46,325 nt of DNA, taken from NCBI GenBank assembly GCA_053919585.1, contig CM132788.1. The stretch is one strand, 5' to 3'. This DNA is from Euprymna scolopes (Eukaryota). The stretch's first letter is position 1; every line of letters starts with the position of its first letter. This document shows positions 11,518 to 23,810 of this stretch, in pieces. Under the pieces are notes generated by a model. The model did not search any database and was not told where the DNA came from. It saw only the letters and a list, made by a program, of their open reading frames with translations. The position numbers and the translations under genes were made by a program.

Positions 11518-12571
11518 TTTTTATTTTTTTAATAGTATTCTACTTGCTCCTTTTAGTCCATACATTATGCTTTGCAAATGGCTAAATACAATTTTTGAAA
11601 GAAACTCATTTGCCGGTGGAGAGGCAGCGTCTACTGTCATCGGCTAATGATTTGCACTTTTCCTGACCGCTTTGCAAACAAAGAATCTGAGATTTGGCCA
11701 TGAAATTGCTAATTAAAAGAAAGACATCTGAAGATTTAATTCAGTTAAAAATCCTGCATCCAGAAAACAATATTTACTTCAATACAGTGAGGACCCAAAT
11801 TGTTCCATTTTTAGTTGCACCAACTGTACATGGAATTATTTTGTGCAAATAATTTTTAAGAAAATGACTACAGATATATCATTAATAATTGATTGCCTAT
11901 TGATATGAAAGCAACTTGTTTCTAGATCTATTCTGTTACCCAACGCCCAAGTTGCAACTGAGAGAAGCGACATATCAACGAACACCAGAGCACCTATGAA
12001 GGAAGATCTCAACCACGTCTGACAACAAATGGCCAGCTTATACAGACTTTTGGTAGGGTCACAGATCAGCTGGAGTGTTAAAAGGTATTACCACACAGAC
12101 TAAGGAGCCATGCACGTTTTGTGCGCTCATGGCATAAGAGTTGTAATTTCCAGTGACCAGCAAGTATCTGGTTTGCATTTTTAGAGGTCCATCACTAGAT
12201 GAAATTAAGTGTTGCCACGGAAATTTAGAGTTAGTGCATATCTTGCCCGTGTGTACAAAGGCCCGTCCCAGTGCATTTTACACGAGTATTTATTAGTACT
12301 TATTAATTTATCTCATTTGGTTCAGTTTTATATTTAAAATACAATGGACACTATTTTCATAGAAATGCTAAACTCATTTGCTGCATGTTGATTTTCCTGT
12401 TGAAAAACTAAATTTTTTTTCACTATCCAGAAAAATATTTTTTGATTAAATATATTTCTCATTCTATGGAATTTCCACGGATCCTGCTAGTTCCATAATA
12501 ATCTATTAATTAGTTTGGGAGTGAAGCCTATACATACAAATATATAAGCATATACACATATCTATAATATA

Positions 12572-12900
12572 CTAGGAGGGAGCACGGTGTTGCCCGCTCA
12601 TAAAATGCACTTAAATATATTTTAATTTATGCAAATTTCGTATTTATTATTATAGAGCCAATTCTCTATTGAATATTATATTGTACCTAATATATAGTAG
12701 TGAACTTGGGGAATTTTCACAGAATTTTGAACGGAACTTTTTAATCCACAGGAGTAGCATGCACTCGTTCTGTCAGTCATGAGTGCATAGACACCCATGA
12801 TGAGAACAGTTCAGAAGTTTTAAAAAGAAATATGACTTGATTGCCATCAGTTAGAATTGAAACCAAAACATTTAGCTGTCAGATAAATACTGCATTTTAA
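12572..12900 (-). mobile_element. Helitron H3 3' fragment interrupted by a Penelope-tailed element fragment at 12701-12818
   Basis: ctag plus degenerate hairpin at 12572, then the shared module ttttaatttatgcaaatttcgtatttattattatagagccaattctc; 12701-12818 is an inverted homolog of 13338-13457. Confidence 0.7.
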
Positions 12901-13016
12901 CACTTAGGTATTAGTGACGACATTGAATCCGATGATTCTTTACTTAAAAAAAAAAAATAAAAATAAAAAATAAAAAAATAAAAAATGTATTCAGGTGTCT
13001 TATGTAGATTTAAATG

Positions 13017-13060
<44 letters not shown>

Positions 13061-13299
13061 GACAAACTTTTCATGTTACAGTAAAAAGAAAAAAATTAAC
13101 TAAAACGGAAAAAGATGGCGTCTATATTTAGTACTAAAATATGTGTCTAAGTTTAGATGCCATTTTATAACCAGCTTTTTCTGTTCATGTTGAAAAAGAA
13201 AGAAAAATGGTTGAATTGGTCTTTTATTGTTGGAGAATTCAGTACAGCTAATAACGACCCAAAATCTAAAAATAAAATTAAAAAAGTTACAAATTCAGA

Positions 13300-13552
13300 A
13301 ATATTTAAATTTGAGATGAGGGTTGGTTATTTGTATTCTTCAGACAACTGTTCTCATCATGGGTGTCTTATCCAGTCATGTCTGACAGGCCGAGAGCATA
13401 CTACCCCTGTGGATTAAAAAGTTCCATTCGAAATTCTGTGCAAATTCCCCAAGTTCAACAAGATACACTTAAAGAAAGCCTGAGGTTACATCGACCAAAA
13501 CGTTCTGAAAATGGCACTTAAGATTAGAACAGTAGTCCGAAGAATCCAAATA
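13300..13552 (+). mobile_element. Penelope-tailed short element with an inverted copy of its own tail at the 5' side
   Basis: 13300-13358 is the reverse complement of the family tail (gatgagaacagt...gaagaat.caaat...ctcatctcaaa); 13370-13552 is body, degenerate hammerhead and tail. Confidence 0.7.
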
Positions 13553-14576
13553 TGTGCAAATTTTAAGACCCAGTTTAGGTGTAGAGAATAGGATTGTCTT
13601 AATGGATATTGTAGCCAGCTATGTATCCATACATTCCTATCGTGAACGTTTGTCTAATTTTGACCATTTTTTTAATTTAATTATTTTTCTATGTTTAAAA
13701 ATAAAAAAAAATAAAAAATTATTTTTCAAGATTATATAAAAATTATGTTACACAGAAAGTTTCGCATTCACACAAGCAAGAAAAATATTAGAATCGTACA
13801 TATAAAAATCATGCAGAACCTGTAATTAAAAAAATATTTTTTGCAATTATTTTTTTGTGCAAAAATATTAAATAAACAATGTTTAATTCAATGATAATAT
13901 CGTTAGTTCAAGAAATTAATTTTTCTTCAAGTAATATCGAATTCATTAATACACACTCCAGGGGCTTTTTTTCGTAATGTTCTTGTAAAAAAGTTTTTTT
14001 TTTTCCTCAATTGTAACAATTTTTATTTTCACAAAAAAATAAAAATTATGCATTTTTTTTTTTTTACAACAGAAAACCATAGCTTCAGTAAAAGTATTTT
14101 TTGTTTAAACAAAATAATACAATTTCCATTAAGATTTAAGTAAAAAAAAAAAAAAATAATGTGTTCATTATATTCCGTGATCATTATTTGATAAATACTG
14201 AAAATTTCATTAAAATTAGTTAATTTCTTGATTTTTGGTGAATTTCTAAGCAAAGGGAGGGGTCAAAATGTTTACATATCTTGAGCATCAGCATTCATTT
14301 TACACGTACCTAGTTAACAATGATATCAGAGGTAACAAAGTGTCTAAAGGCATCATGTTTACCACCATTTGACATTTTTTTTTCGATTTTTCAATGGAAA
14401 ACTTAATTTGCCCAAAATGTTAGATTAGTTGATGGGGATTGAGGACAGGTACCTGAATTTTTTTTTTTTTTTTTTTTTTTAGATGTTGGTTTTTCAATAG
14501 ATTGAACATGTTAGTATTTACATCAATGGTTATTTACCATCTGTATGCCTCCTGTAAGGTTTTGGAGAATGTTTTT

Positions 14577-14610
<34 letters not shown>

Positions 14611-15127
14611 TCAAATTAAACCGATGTTTTCATTTGGGAACATCAAAATTTAATGCCTTCCATTAAAATTTTAGAAAAAATTTTTTTTTAATTGGATTTA
14701 TGACATCAAATTTTAGCACAGGAAAGTACCTTTGGTTTTAAATGGGTTAACTTGTAGAGTTAAGGCACGCTAACCGCTGGCTTTTGGGTAAAGATTTCAA
14801 CTTTTTGCAACTCAAATTGTACAGCGCCCAGCTTCCAATTGATCATCTTTGTGACGAAAAACGATAGTGAGAGAGATAGAAAGGGAAACAGAGATAGATA
14901 TGTTAAAACCAAAGAGACTGAGACATTACTATTTCACAAGTTTTAGGTGCCGAGTTCAGCAAGTTTACTGCCTTTGATCTTTAGACAGTTGTAGCCTGTC
15001 TATGTTTATAAACATCTTTCAGTTACAGATGATTTCTACTCTGATTAGTAGTAAGCTCTGATGACGCCATGTTTTAACTAATGTTAAACTATACTCCTCT
15101 CCATTCAAGTACAAGGAAAGTTGGGTA

Positions 15128-15835
15128 TAAGGCTCTCAAATATAGGGAGCTGGGGATCTCCCAAAAGAAATGTGTAATATGGTCGTTAATCTTCAATGGT
15201 GTCATTACATTTTAATATTTGGACCCAACACGTTGTGTCAGAGTCACAAGGAGAAAAAATAAAAGAAATTCGACTCTGCATTTTTCCAGTTTCAACATAA
15301 GGCATTTATTACTGGTGCTTTCCAACAGCGTATTGCATATTGTTTTAAAAGTTCACCATGTAGCTAACAAAATCCTGACGTCTCAACACAGGCTTGAAAG
15401 TCTCATTGCCACGGGCCACATGTTCATCTCGTGCAGACACGCTTTTTTCTGGTCCTCTGCAGCCCACATGTTTCCGCCATCGCCTATCATCCACGTGTCC
15501 CCCATTACTTTCTGTCTATGCATGTCCTTTTTTCTCTGCTTTTTCTTTCCCTTCTCTTCCTACACTATGAGGTCACTTTGTGCACTGGCTTGTCATTTGC
15601 ATATGCGTTATGCGGCAGCTGCTGCTACAACAAGTGCTAGCGGCTCTGTTACATAAGGCCCTTAAATATGGGGAGCTGGGGCTCTCCCAAAAGGGCTCTT
15701 TATCATCGTATCACACTGAACTGGGCCTGTTACTTTAACCGTTCTATATCGACTGACCCAAGAACTATCATTCTTTCAACATGGCCACATCATTGTCGTC
15801 TCCTCGTCTTCACACGTCTCTCCATACTATCCAAG
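15128..15835. mobile_element. Probable RTE-like LINE remnants with a duplicated 40-bp hairpin-containing end
   Basis: Direct repeat 15128-15167 / 15654-15692 (gggagctgggg.tctcccaaaag); minus-strand MERRVKTRRRQ*CGHVERM near 15765-15830 resembles the RTE ORF2 RRLRWFGHVERM motif. Confidence 0.45.
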
Positions 15836-16434
15836 GTCAGAGATTATCAGAACTAAGTCGGCTGATGCTTTAAACATGGACAAAACAGAAATTTTGGGTG
15901 CGATTTCAAAAATAAGTAGATGAAACAAAATTAGAGCATTTTTAGGATTTTAAATTATCAAAAGTTTTCTCAAGAATATGATCTAGTATGTCTTAAGAGT
16001 CTCCAAGACATTCTGGGTTCTCACTATTCTGTTTTTCTGATAGTAACTCCTGGATTTAGTTTATTCTATGTCATCTTTTTTCTGCACTCTTCCACCATAC
16101 CTTGCTCACGCTGGCTATTGATCTTTTTGTGTCTTTTTTGTTGTAACACTTTCCAATTGATTACAGAATATAAGCGCAAGTTTCTTCTTTTATTATAAAA
16201 GATCGATTATTCTAATATGATCACTATATATTTTGAAAGCAAATTATTCCATTTGTCCATTTGATTGTATAAAACAGGTTAATGCAGTTTGCTGAAAACA
16301 TTGTTTAATGCATATATAAAAAGGTAATTTATAGAAGGCAATATAATACAAAGGTATAACGAATGCAAATTAAGACATATAACATAGGAATGAGTCATGC
16401 AGATTCCACATTTTTATTATTACATTAATAAAAA

Positions 16435-16766
16435 CTAGCGGGACCTGTGGAAATTCCACAGGGGACTCATTCATATGTAATGTATTGAGGTTGACATTCT
16501 GTAGATGTTCAGTGTAAATGGAGACACTGATATTATTGTAGCTCTTTTGTAAAAACTGCAAAAGTATTTATCTAAGCTAGCAGGAATGCCCGGCATAGCC
16601 TGGTCATAAAGTACGCTTAAATATGATATTTTAATTCTTGCAGATTTCGTATATATTATTATAGAGTTAATGTTCTATCGATTTTTATACATTATAAAGT
16701 TGCGATTTTAAAAATTGCAAATATATCTATATGACTTGGGTTAATCAGCTTGAAAACTGAATCCCA

Positions 16767-16808
<42 letters not shown>

Positions 16809-17115
16809 TGTTCCTTCAGCTATAATTAAAACCGAAAACAAAACTTAGGAAGAATTCTTGATAAAATTATTTATAAAAAAAAATAAATTACTAAAAGGTG
16901 CCATCAGCTAAAATCAAAACCGAAACTAAGACTTATGAATTCTTAATAAAATTATTTTCGAAAATAGATTATTGGAGTGCCATCAGCTATAATCGAAACT
17001 GAAACCAAAACTTAAGAATTCTTGGTAAAATTATTTATTACAAGAAGTGGAGGTACATAACAATTAAACAACCCGAATGTAAGCGTGACACAGAAAATAA
17101 CGCACGCTATCGTAT
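16435..17115 (-). mobile_element. Composite non-autonomous Helitron (H3) with two 3' ends and an internal tandem triplication
   Basis: Hairpin+CTAG ends at 16435-16465 and 16577-16605; three copies of catcagctataat.aaaaccgaaa...gaattctt..taaaattattt in 16815-17040; uninterrupted paralog of 3440-4353. Confidence 0.78.
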
Positions 17116-17460
17116 TAATATATAGATGTAATATATATATATTATATACACACATTCCTATAATTTGTTTTTGTGTGCGTATTGATATTTATCTTAAAAA
17201 CCTTTTTTTCTATTTATTTAAAAAGAAAATAAAACTTATTTATGGATTGTGGAATTGCATTCATCTGCAAAAGATCTAGCTAATTTGAATATTCTTTTAA
17301 ACAATCATTTTAATTAATTCCTTATTAGTTTTTTTGGTTTTCTTATAGGATGATCGTCTTTAGTTAACTATTACGTGTAATTATATTCATGCAGATATTC
17401 TACATGATTTATACTTGCGTAATATTTGCGTAAAAAGTTTATAGTAAGCACAAACCTCTT

Positions 17461-17964
17461 TCTCTATATATATTTATGTATGCATATATATATGTTTAAA
17501 AAAATTTTGTTTATTAAGCTCCTGTCAGTTTTTGGTCTACAGACATGAAACTTAATATATAGGATATTCGGACCCATGCAAGACTTTATATTTGGGTTTT
17601 AGCTGGGGAAAATCGGTGCAAAAGTGAAAATTAAGAAAATGGAATTTGCCAGGTGAAGGTCGAACAATGCCATTACAAATATGCATGCATAACATAATAG
17701 CTATTAGTTCATGTTTTAATTTTTAGCCTTGAAGCAAACATGTCTTCATAGTTCAGGTATGAACGTTAAAAGGAAAAAGTAAATCGTAAGCTGAACATGT
17801 TGGTTTCGATTCTCGGTGGTGGCACACAAGCTATTTATTTTATTTTTAACTTTTTAAACACTTACTATATATTGGGCCAAATATAATAAATATGAAATCT
17901 GCATTAATCAAAATATCACATTTAAGAGTATTTTATGACCAGGCAATGCCGGGAAGCCTGCTAG
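17461..17964 (+). mobile_element. Non-autonomous Helitron, family H3
   Basis: TC(TA)n start, ends ccaggcaatgccggg...CTAG (17961-17964); collinear copy at 27623-28108. Confidence 0.8.
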
Positions 17965-18018
17965 CATATACTATATTTTTTATTAATATAAATTACATTA
18001 AAATGTAATATATAATTA

Positions 18019-18420
18019 CTAGCAAGCTACGCGGTATTGTCCGGTCGAAAAATACATTTAAATATATCTTAATTTATGCACATTTCATATATATTATTAC
18101 AAAGACAATACACTATTGATTATTATACTGTATCAAATATATAGAAGTGATTTCAAACGTTGAAAAAAAATTTTTTAAATGACTGTGCCATCAACTAGAA
18201 TAGAAACCAAAACCTTTAGTGCTCCAGTCTTATTCATTACCGTTTAAGATACCAACAGATGGATATCAAAATTTAAAAAATGAACCGACATTAACGGCAA
18301 TAACTTTATACTTGCACATGCATAAAGAAGTCTGCCAAGTTAAATTTTTCCAATATTTACCGACTAAAACCAAATCAAATTTGTTCCGAATCCAGCCATT
18401 TTACCAAAATTTTTCGAAAT
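18019..18420 (-). mobile_element. Helitron H3 variant
   Basis: ctag plus hairpin at 18019-18045 followed by the shared H3 3' module; tail-to-tail with the 17461 copy. Confidence 0.7.
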
Positions 18421-19009
18421 TTTTGGTAAAATGTTTATATTTCAAGTTCTTAATATATTTGAATGTTTCTTCAGGGTGAAAATTGATTTTAATTTAATTA
18501 TTTTTAATTTTATGAGATCATTATTATTTTCTATAGCGCATTAACCATTTTGAGACTATTTGATGATGAATTATGTCAATTGATAAAGCCCCTAAATTTG
18601 GGCATTCACATTGGATGTAGACCATGCCCAAATTAGGTCAGTTGAATTGAAAATATTTATAGTTTAGAAGGAAGTAGATAAAAAAAAAAAAAAAAAGTAG
18701 AAAGGATTGGGTGCTTCTATATTATCGTTGGCATATTACGAGCAGGTTACATAAACTGTGGGAAGGAGTTGATCGAAAGCTTTGTTTTTCCAAAAACACT
18801 GATCAAAATTTTCGTTTTTTAAATTGTTATAAAGAAAATACAAAAAAATTAATGGTAACCTAAGAAACTTTAGGAAAAAAAATTCAAATAAAAAGAAAAA
18901 CAAAACACTTATATGGTAAACTAAAAAAAAAAACGAGAAATAAATTTGTTTTAGGATGCTTTGTTTTACAAATAAGTTTCCATTTTTGACAAAATTCCAG
19001 ATTTGCTCT

Positions 19010-19235
19010 CTGAATACCCTTTATGTAAAATTTCAAATATTGAGACCAGAAATTGTCTGAGTAATTTGGAATAGACCGCAGAGGTCAATTTTTTAAAACT
19101 TTGACCCCTATCATGTCCCCTTAAAATTTGTTTTAGGCTCAAATCAAGTTATTAAAGTTAGATCCATGTCCAACGAACCTATATCTAAAATTTCAAGGGC
19201 GTAGACCCAAAATTGTTGAGTTTGGTAGAGTTCTC
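19010..19235 (-). mobile_element. Helitron H1 internal fragment
   Basis: Matches 29650-29880 and 3780-3925 (ctttgacccctat...gttagatccatgtcc...tagacccaaaattg). Confidence 0.8.
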
Positions 19236-19239
19236 AACT

Positions 19240-19695
19240 TGGAACCATAGAGACTCAATGTCTATCCATTGCGCCACGGATCCCGAAGGACGATCAAGGT
19301 TGGAGTTTATGGTCTCATAAATCCAATTTTGTGTTCTTATCTGATCTTATATTGTTAGGATCGTACCGAATGGTATTATATATATTTATTTTGTTTGGGC
19401 CAAAACGTGGTAAAACAACAACTCCTGTTAAAACGTACCCTTCCATCATCCATACCAAGCAGTAAAAGTTGGTTTTAAATCTGGATTGAAGGAAAAATCA
19501 ACTTACACCTGCAAAGTTCTATTTTTACTGGGAATAGTTGTAAAACTCAGCATTTCTATCCCATTGCGATTAATCACCCGAAGAAGGCCAAAGGATGAGT
19601 GTGCCGAAACATGGTGAAACAACAACTATGAAGATGAGGATAACAGTCCACAAAAAGAATGAATACACAAATTATGAAGTCTCATCTCAAAGGAT
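19240..19695 (+). mobile_element. Inverted tRNA-like head next to a Penelope-type tail with degenerate hammerhead
   Basis: Minus-strand gggatccgtggcgcaatggatagac (A box) at ~19260-19285 resembles the head at 40448; tcac-CCGAAGA-aggc...gcc-GAAAC-atg-gtga at 19574-19617, then a related tail ending ctcatctcaaagg. Confidence 0.55.
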
Positions 19696-19901
19696 TAAAA
19701 AAAAAAAAAAAATGCATATAATCGATTATTTTATGAGGATATATTTGATCAATTATGTACATTATCTCTTGTTTTTCAAACTGTTTATTACAATCATTTT
19801 ATTCTTGTCATATTCAAGAAGTTTTTGTCTGCTATAACTTTTGACCTGCTCCGTTTTGAACTTTAGGAAAATTTTACTTGAACTTTGAGACTTGAACAGA
19901 A

Positions 19902-20462
19902 CAGTGGGCCCAGTGGTGGAATTTGGCAAAAAATTGATGTCTTAATTTTCTGAATTTAATAAATAAAAAGTGAAATAAATTTCTGACAAAAAAAAAAAAA
20001 ATGTCAATTGTATCATTTTAAGCGATTTTATAAGATTTTGATGTTACATGAATCAGCAACCTTATTCAGGTTCAGTTTTTCATAAGCAAAAATTGTACCA
20101 ACCTCAGAAAACCTCTCACTCCTTGTTTTATTAGGTTAACATTGAGAATTAACTTATGAATTCATAAAACTGATAATAAAGGAACATTTCCAGAGAAATT
20201 GAGTACAATTTTCATTCTTTGTAAAAAGCATGCCAAAATATGATTTTTTTTTTTTTTGTTTACCCAAATGGTGATTTTTTGCATAAATCTCAAAATCCTG
20301 AATTTAAGTTTTTGGGCTCTAAACACTCCTAAATTTGACATTTTTTAAATATTTTAATTTTTCTGTATTCGACTCATAATTTTATTTAAAAAACGTCCTC
20401 AACCACTACCTAAGGACTTGCCATTGTCTATTTCCACAAACTGGTGATCTGGGCCCACAGTG
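19902..20462. mobile_element. Transib-like non-autonomous DNA transposon
   Basis: Left end CAGTGGGCCCAG (terminal CA apparently lost), right end CTGGGCCCACAGTG; CAGAA flanks both sides (19897-19901, 20463-20467), a 5-bp TSD. Confidence 0.72.
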
Positions 20463-20475
20463 CAGAATATCAAAT

Positions 20476-20682
20476 TGGTTGGTTGGTTGTTTTATGGCAT
20501 ATCAACCCTTTTCAGGTTTTTTAATGCCGAATCCAGTGGTTTTGGAAAAAAAAATTTTTAATAGAATGTATTTGTTTTTTTTTTTTTCAAGTCGGTTTCT
20601 ATTCAACCCATAGTTGAGACCCTAACAGGTACTACCACTCCGAGTCAGAGTGGACCTGCGAGCAATAGTAATTAAGGGGTGA
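20476..20682 (-). mobile_element. SINE-like repeat remnant with (CCAA)n tail
   Basis: Minus-strand end gggttgatatgccataaaacaaccaaccaacc; a simple-repeat tail is typical of retroposons; single copy in the window, family assignment from recollection only. Confidence 0.45.
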
Positions 20683-21429
20683 AAACGTCAATGGTATTAT
20701 TTATTTTCTTGAATCGATTGCAGTAAAGTTTCATGTGTGTATTGTTTTTTGTAGACTTATCCTTATCTAAATAAATACACAAATTATGAGATCTTATGTC
20801 AATGGATTAAAAAAATAAATAAATAAAAGTACTTTTAAATTTTGCTTAAAATACTAATTTTCGAATGTTTCTGAGCATTTAGATAGTGATTTTTCTCAGC
20901 ATAATCATGTAGTTTACATGTATATCTAGAGAACCACACATGTAAATTAGATGGCACATAATAAAGTCTTTATGTCCATATAATACCACCATCAACAGCA
21001 ATACTTTCACATTAAATGTAAAGAAGTAAAGACATTTATGTAACGAAATCACCCAGTAATAATAGTTGTGACTTAAGTCACAGGTGTGCCTGGTATGATT
21101 TTAACTACGCCACCTGACAGTCTTTTGTAGAAATGTTTATAATAGAACAACTGATTCATGCAAGCTAAAATTAATCTTAGTTACGTGGGAGGCAAATGAA
21201 AAAAGACATCTCTCAAAAAGCCGCTAGTTTGTAAAACGGAAAACCGGTTTGACAGGAAAGACACGGTTTTCACTCTTGCCTAATTGAAATATTTCTTTCA
21301 TCAAAACATAACCTTCATCATAAAAGCATACAGTCATTTTTAAATTGATAGACCACTTGTAACCTATTGGGGTCAACGTTAGTACATTGTACATTAAATA
21401 AAAAGAATAAAAAAGGCATAGTTAGACAA

Positions 21430-21712
21430 ATGAAACGGCACTAATCCTATGTGGGTTTAACTGGCTTCCATTAAAGGAGGAAGTTCCATGGGAGTATAAA
21501 ATTCACAAGCGGTCCCCAGTTGCATGAATATCCCTGTTAGGGGAGATGATGACATTAGGTTTCTGCAACTCAGGCAGGGAGATGTTGACATCCTCCTACA
21601 TACAACGCCTGGAATTCCTAAATTGGTCACCCATCTGGTACTGACCAGGCTCAACATTGCTTAATTTTGGTGATTTAACAAGAACCGGAGTGTCAGCGTG
21701 TTTATGCCATGC
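21430..21712 (-). mobile_element. 5S rRNA-derived SINE (SINE3-type), copy 2
   Basis: Reverse complement reads cataaacacgctgacactccggttcttgttaaatcaccaaaattaagcaatgttgagcctggtcagtaccagatgggtgacc...ggaattccaggcgttgta (5S-like), then the body shared with 9025-9188. Confidence 0.88.
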
Positions 21713-21759
21713 AAAGTTAGACAGGCTCAACATCGATATTTTAATCTAATTTATAAAAC

Positions 21760-22255
21760 TCACTATGTTTCCATTTTTTCAAAATGCATCACCTCCAAGA
21801 AGCAAGGTCGCAGAGCAGACCAAATGTTTATATTTTCTTTTTTTTTTTTTAATTATTTTACGGGTTTTTTAGCTGGTAAAAATAGCTGCTAAGGAGTCAA
21901 AATCGAAAAAAAAAAAAAAAGAACTTGACAGACATAAGTTAACTTACAGTGCTCTTCTACACATGCACAAGTATACATTTATATGTTAAAGTTAGTTCCA
22001 TTTTAGCGATCTGTCTGATGATCGCTCAAACAGTAATGACAAAGGTTGGCAGACTATGTTTTTGTTTTGATTCTAGCTGATGGCACCCAATTTTTTTTTT
22101 TTTTTTTTTTACTTCTGAAATCACAACTATATATTGGGTACAAAGTAATAATCAATAGAGAATTAGCTCTATAATAATAAATATGGAATCTGCATAAATT
22201 AAAATATCATATTTAAGTGTATTTTATGACCGAGCAATGCCAGGCACCCAGCTAG
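21760..22255 (+). mobile_element. Helitron H3 variant
   Basis: Shared 3' module ending ccgagcaatgccagg...CTAG at 22252-22255. Confidence 0.72.
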
Positions 22256-22368
22256 ACTATTATATAACCAAAACGAAGTTAACCAACGTTGGTTTCCCCA
22301 TAAGGCTTTTTACCTACATAATGTAATCACACAAAAAGCATGATAAAATATGCTTTAATTCTGATCCT

Positions 22369-22740
22369 CAGCATCCTCGCTCACTGAACGTATCCTACGT
22401 CATCCAAAACATAGGGCTGCTGTGTGACAGGGAGAGATGGATGGTGTTCCTTGCGATCCTGACCATCGCATGAATGGTAGTGTGGATGCAGTGTTTTAAT
22501 GAGAATCAAACGGTTGGATCTTTTGTTGATCAGGATCTGATCGCATTCTTCAAGGGCCAATTTAATGTCAAGCTCTGATGTTATAGAAAAAAAGATTACA
22601 TGGTTTTTGAAAGAAGATGGAAAAAAGTAGTGAGCTTGTGTGTATGCAGCAGTCAAGTACAAGAATGCTTCTCTGCATCAGCATTGTGTACACGGTTCCT
22701 GGTCCTGTTGAACCCCAGCACCTAAGGTAAGCTTTTTAGT
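22369..22740 (+). mobile_element. Tx1/L1-like LINE ORF2 C-terminal remnant
   Basis: Plus-strand frame with stops: VSYVIQNIG...MVFLAILTIA*MVVW...DLIAFFKGQFNVKL*CYRKK, resembling the region downstream of the zinc knuckle in Tx1-clade ORF2 (recognised from memory, not aligned). Confidence 0.5.
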
Positions 22741-23810
22741 TTCTCACCTAGTTGAGTGAATGGTACTCCCCTCCTAATATAACGTAGTCGTTATATGTCC
22801 ACACACATATACTGAGCATGTTGAGTGTAGAGTACATTGCAAGGAACAGAAGACAAGGAATAACTCATTTTTTTTTCGTTGAAACAGACATTTATTTCCA
22901 GGTACTTTCCAAAATAATTCCTTGTCTCTTGTACAAACCTACCGCTCTCAGTGTATATGTGTAACATGTCTATCTGTCTTCTTCTAGCATGATTCTCTGC
23001 CTGCACACACATTTATTTTTATAATCTTTCCCCTTGCCGTGACATCACCTCATACACAGCTCTGTCATTTACATCCAGCTGCCATACACATGTTGCACTC
23101 TGTTACACCAATAGGAAATCAAAATGCCAATCCTAATTTTTTTCTCTTTACATCCCTAGTCTCCCCCAAATTGCATTTATCTTAGGACATCACTGACTCA
23201 CAAACTCCGCACTCAATTTTTTTTTCTATCCCATCTCGACTTTACTCCAATCTGGTCTGCTTGTTTTCAGTTCCAAACAGGTTATCATTTAGAAAAAGGT
23301 TGGGAGGGTTTTACTAACACCAGTTTTTACTTCTCCGCCCCCCCCCACTCTCTGCTAAAAGGAAATTATTGTTGCAATACAAGACTATTTTTTTTTTATG
23401 TACATAATAAAATAAAAAATTAAAAATCGATTCAGGAATTTTAAGTAGGACAACCCCTAGAGTAAATGTGGTATTATGGTGATTAAAGATTTTAACTAGG
23501 AACATAAATCTTAGGTAAAATGACAAGGACGACCATAGATCCGCCTCCCTCTACTTTTGAATGGTCTTGTGTCTAATTTATCTTTCAATCATTGTGGATT
23601 TTTAGAAAATAAATTTTTTAAAATGAATCAAAATAGTGTTACAGCTTCATTTTTTCATTTCTTTTTTCAATCAAAGTTATCAAAACACAAGGTGCCCCTT
23701 CTTGTGGGTAACAATTGATCTCTATATAAGCCACATAGGTATTTGAAAATTCCATTACAGTTCTCTTTTTATCTCTAAAACGTTGAGTTGGTAAATAACT
23801 TAAGAATTTG

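Noticed and set aside
14761-14782. miR-124-like start TAAGGCACGC
   Set aside because: Match stops after 10 nt and no precursor hairpin is evident.
21595-21712. Functional 5S rRNA gene (also 8920-9025)
   Set aside because: Many substitutions and deletions, no T-run terminator after the 5S part, and continuation into a shared SINE body.
22381-22662. 93-aa minus-strand ORF as a host exon
   Set aside because: No recognisable domain or splice support; the opposite strand is better explained as a decayed Tx1/L1-like ORF2 end.
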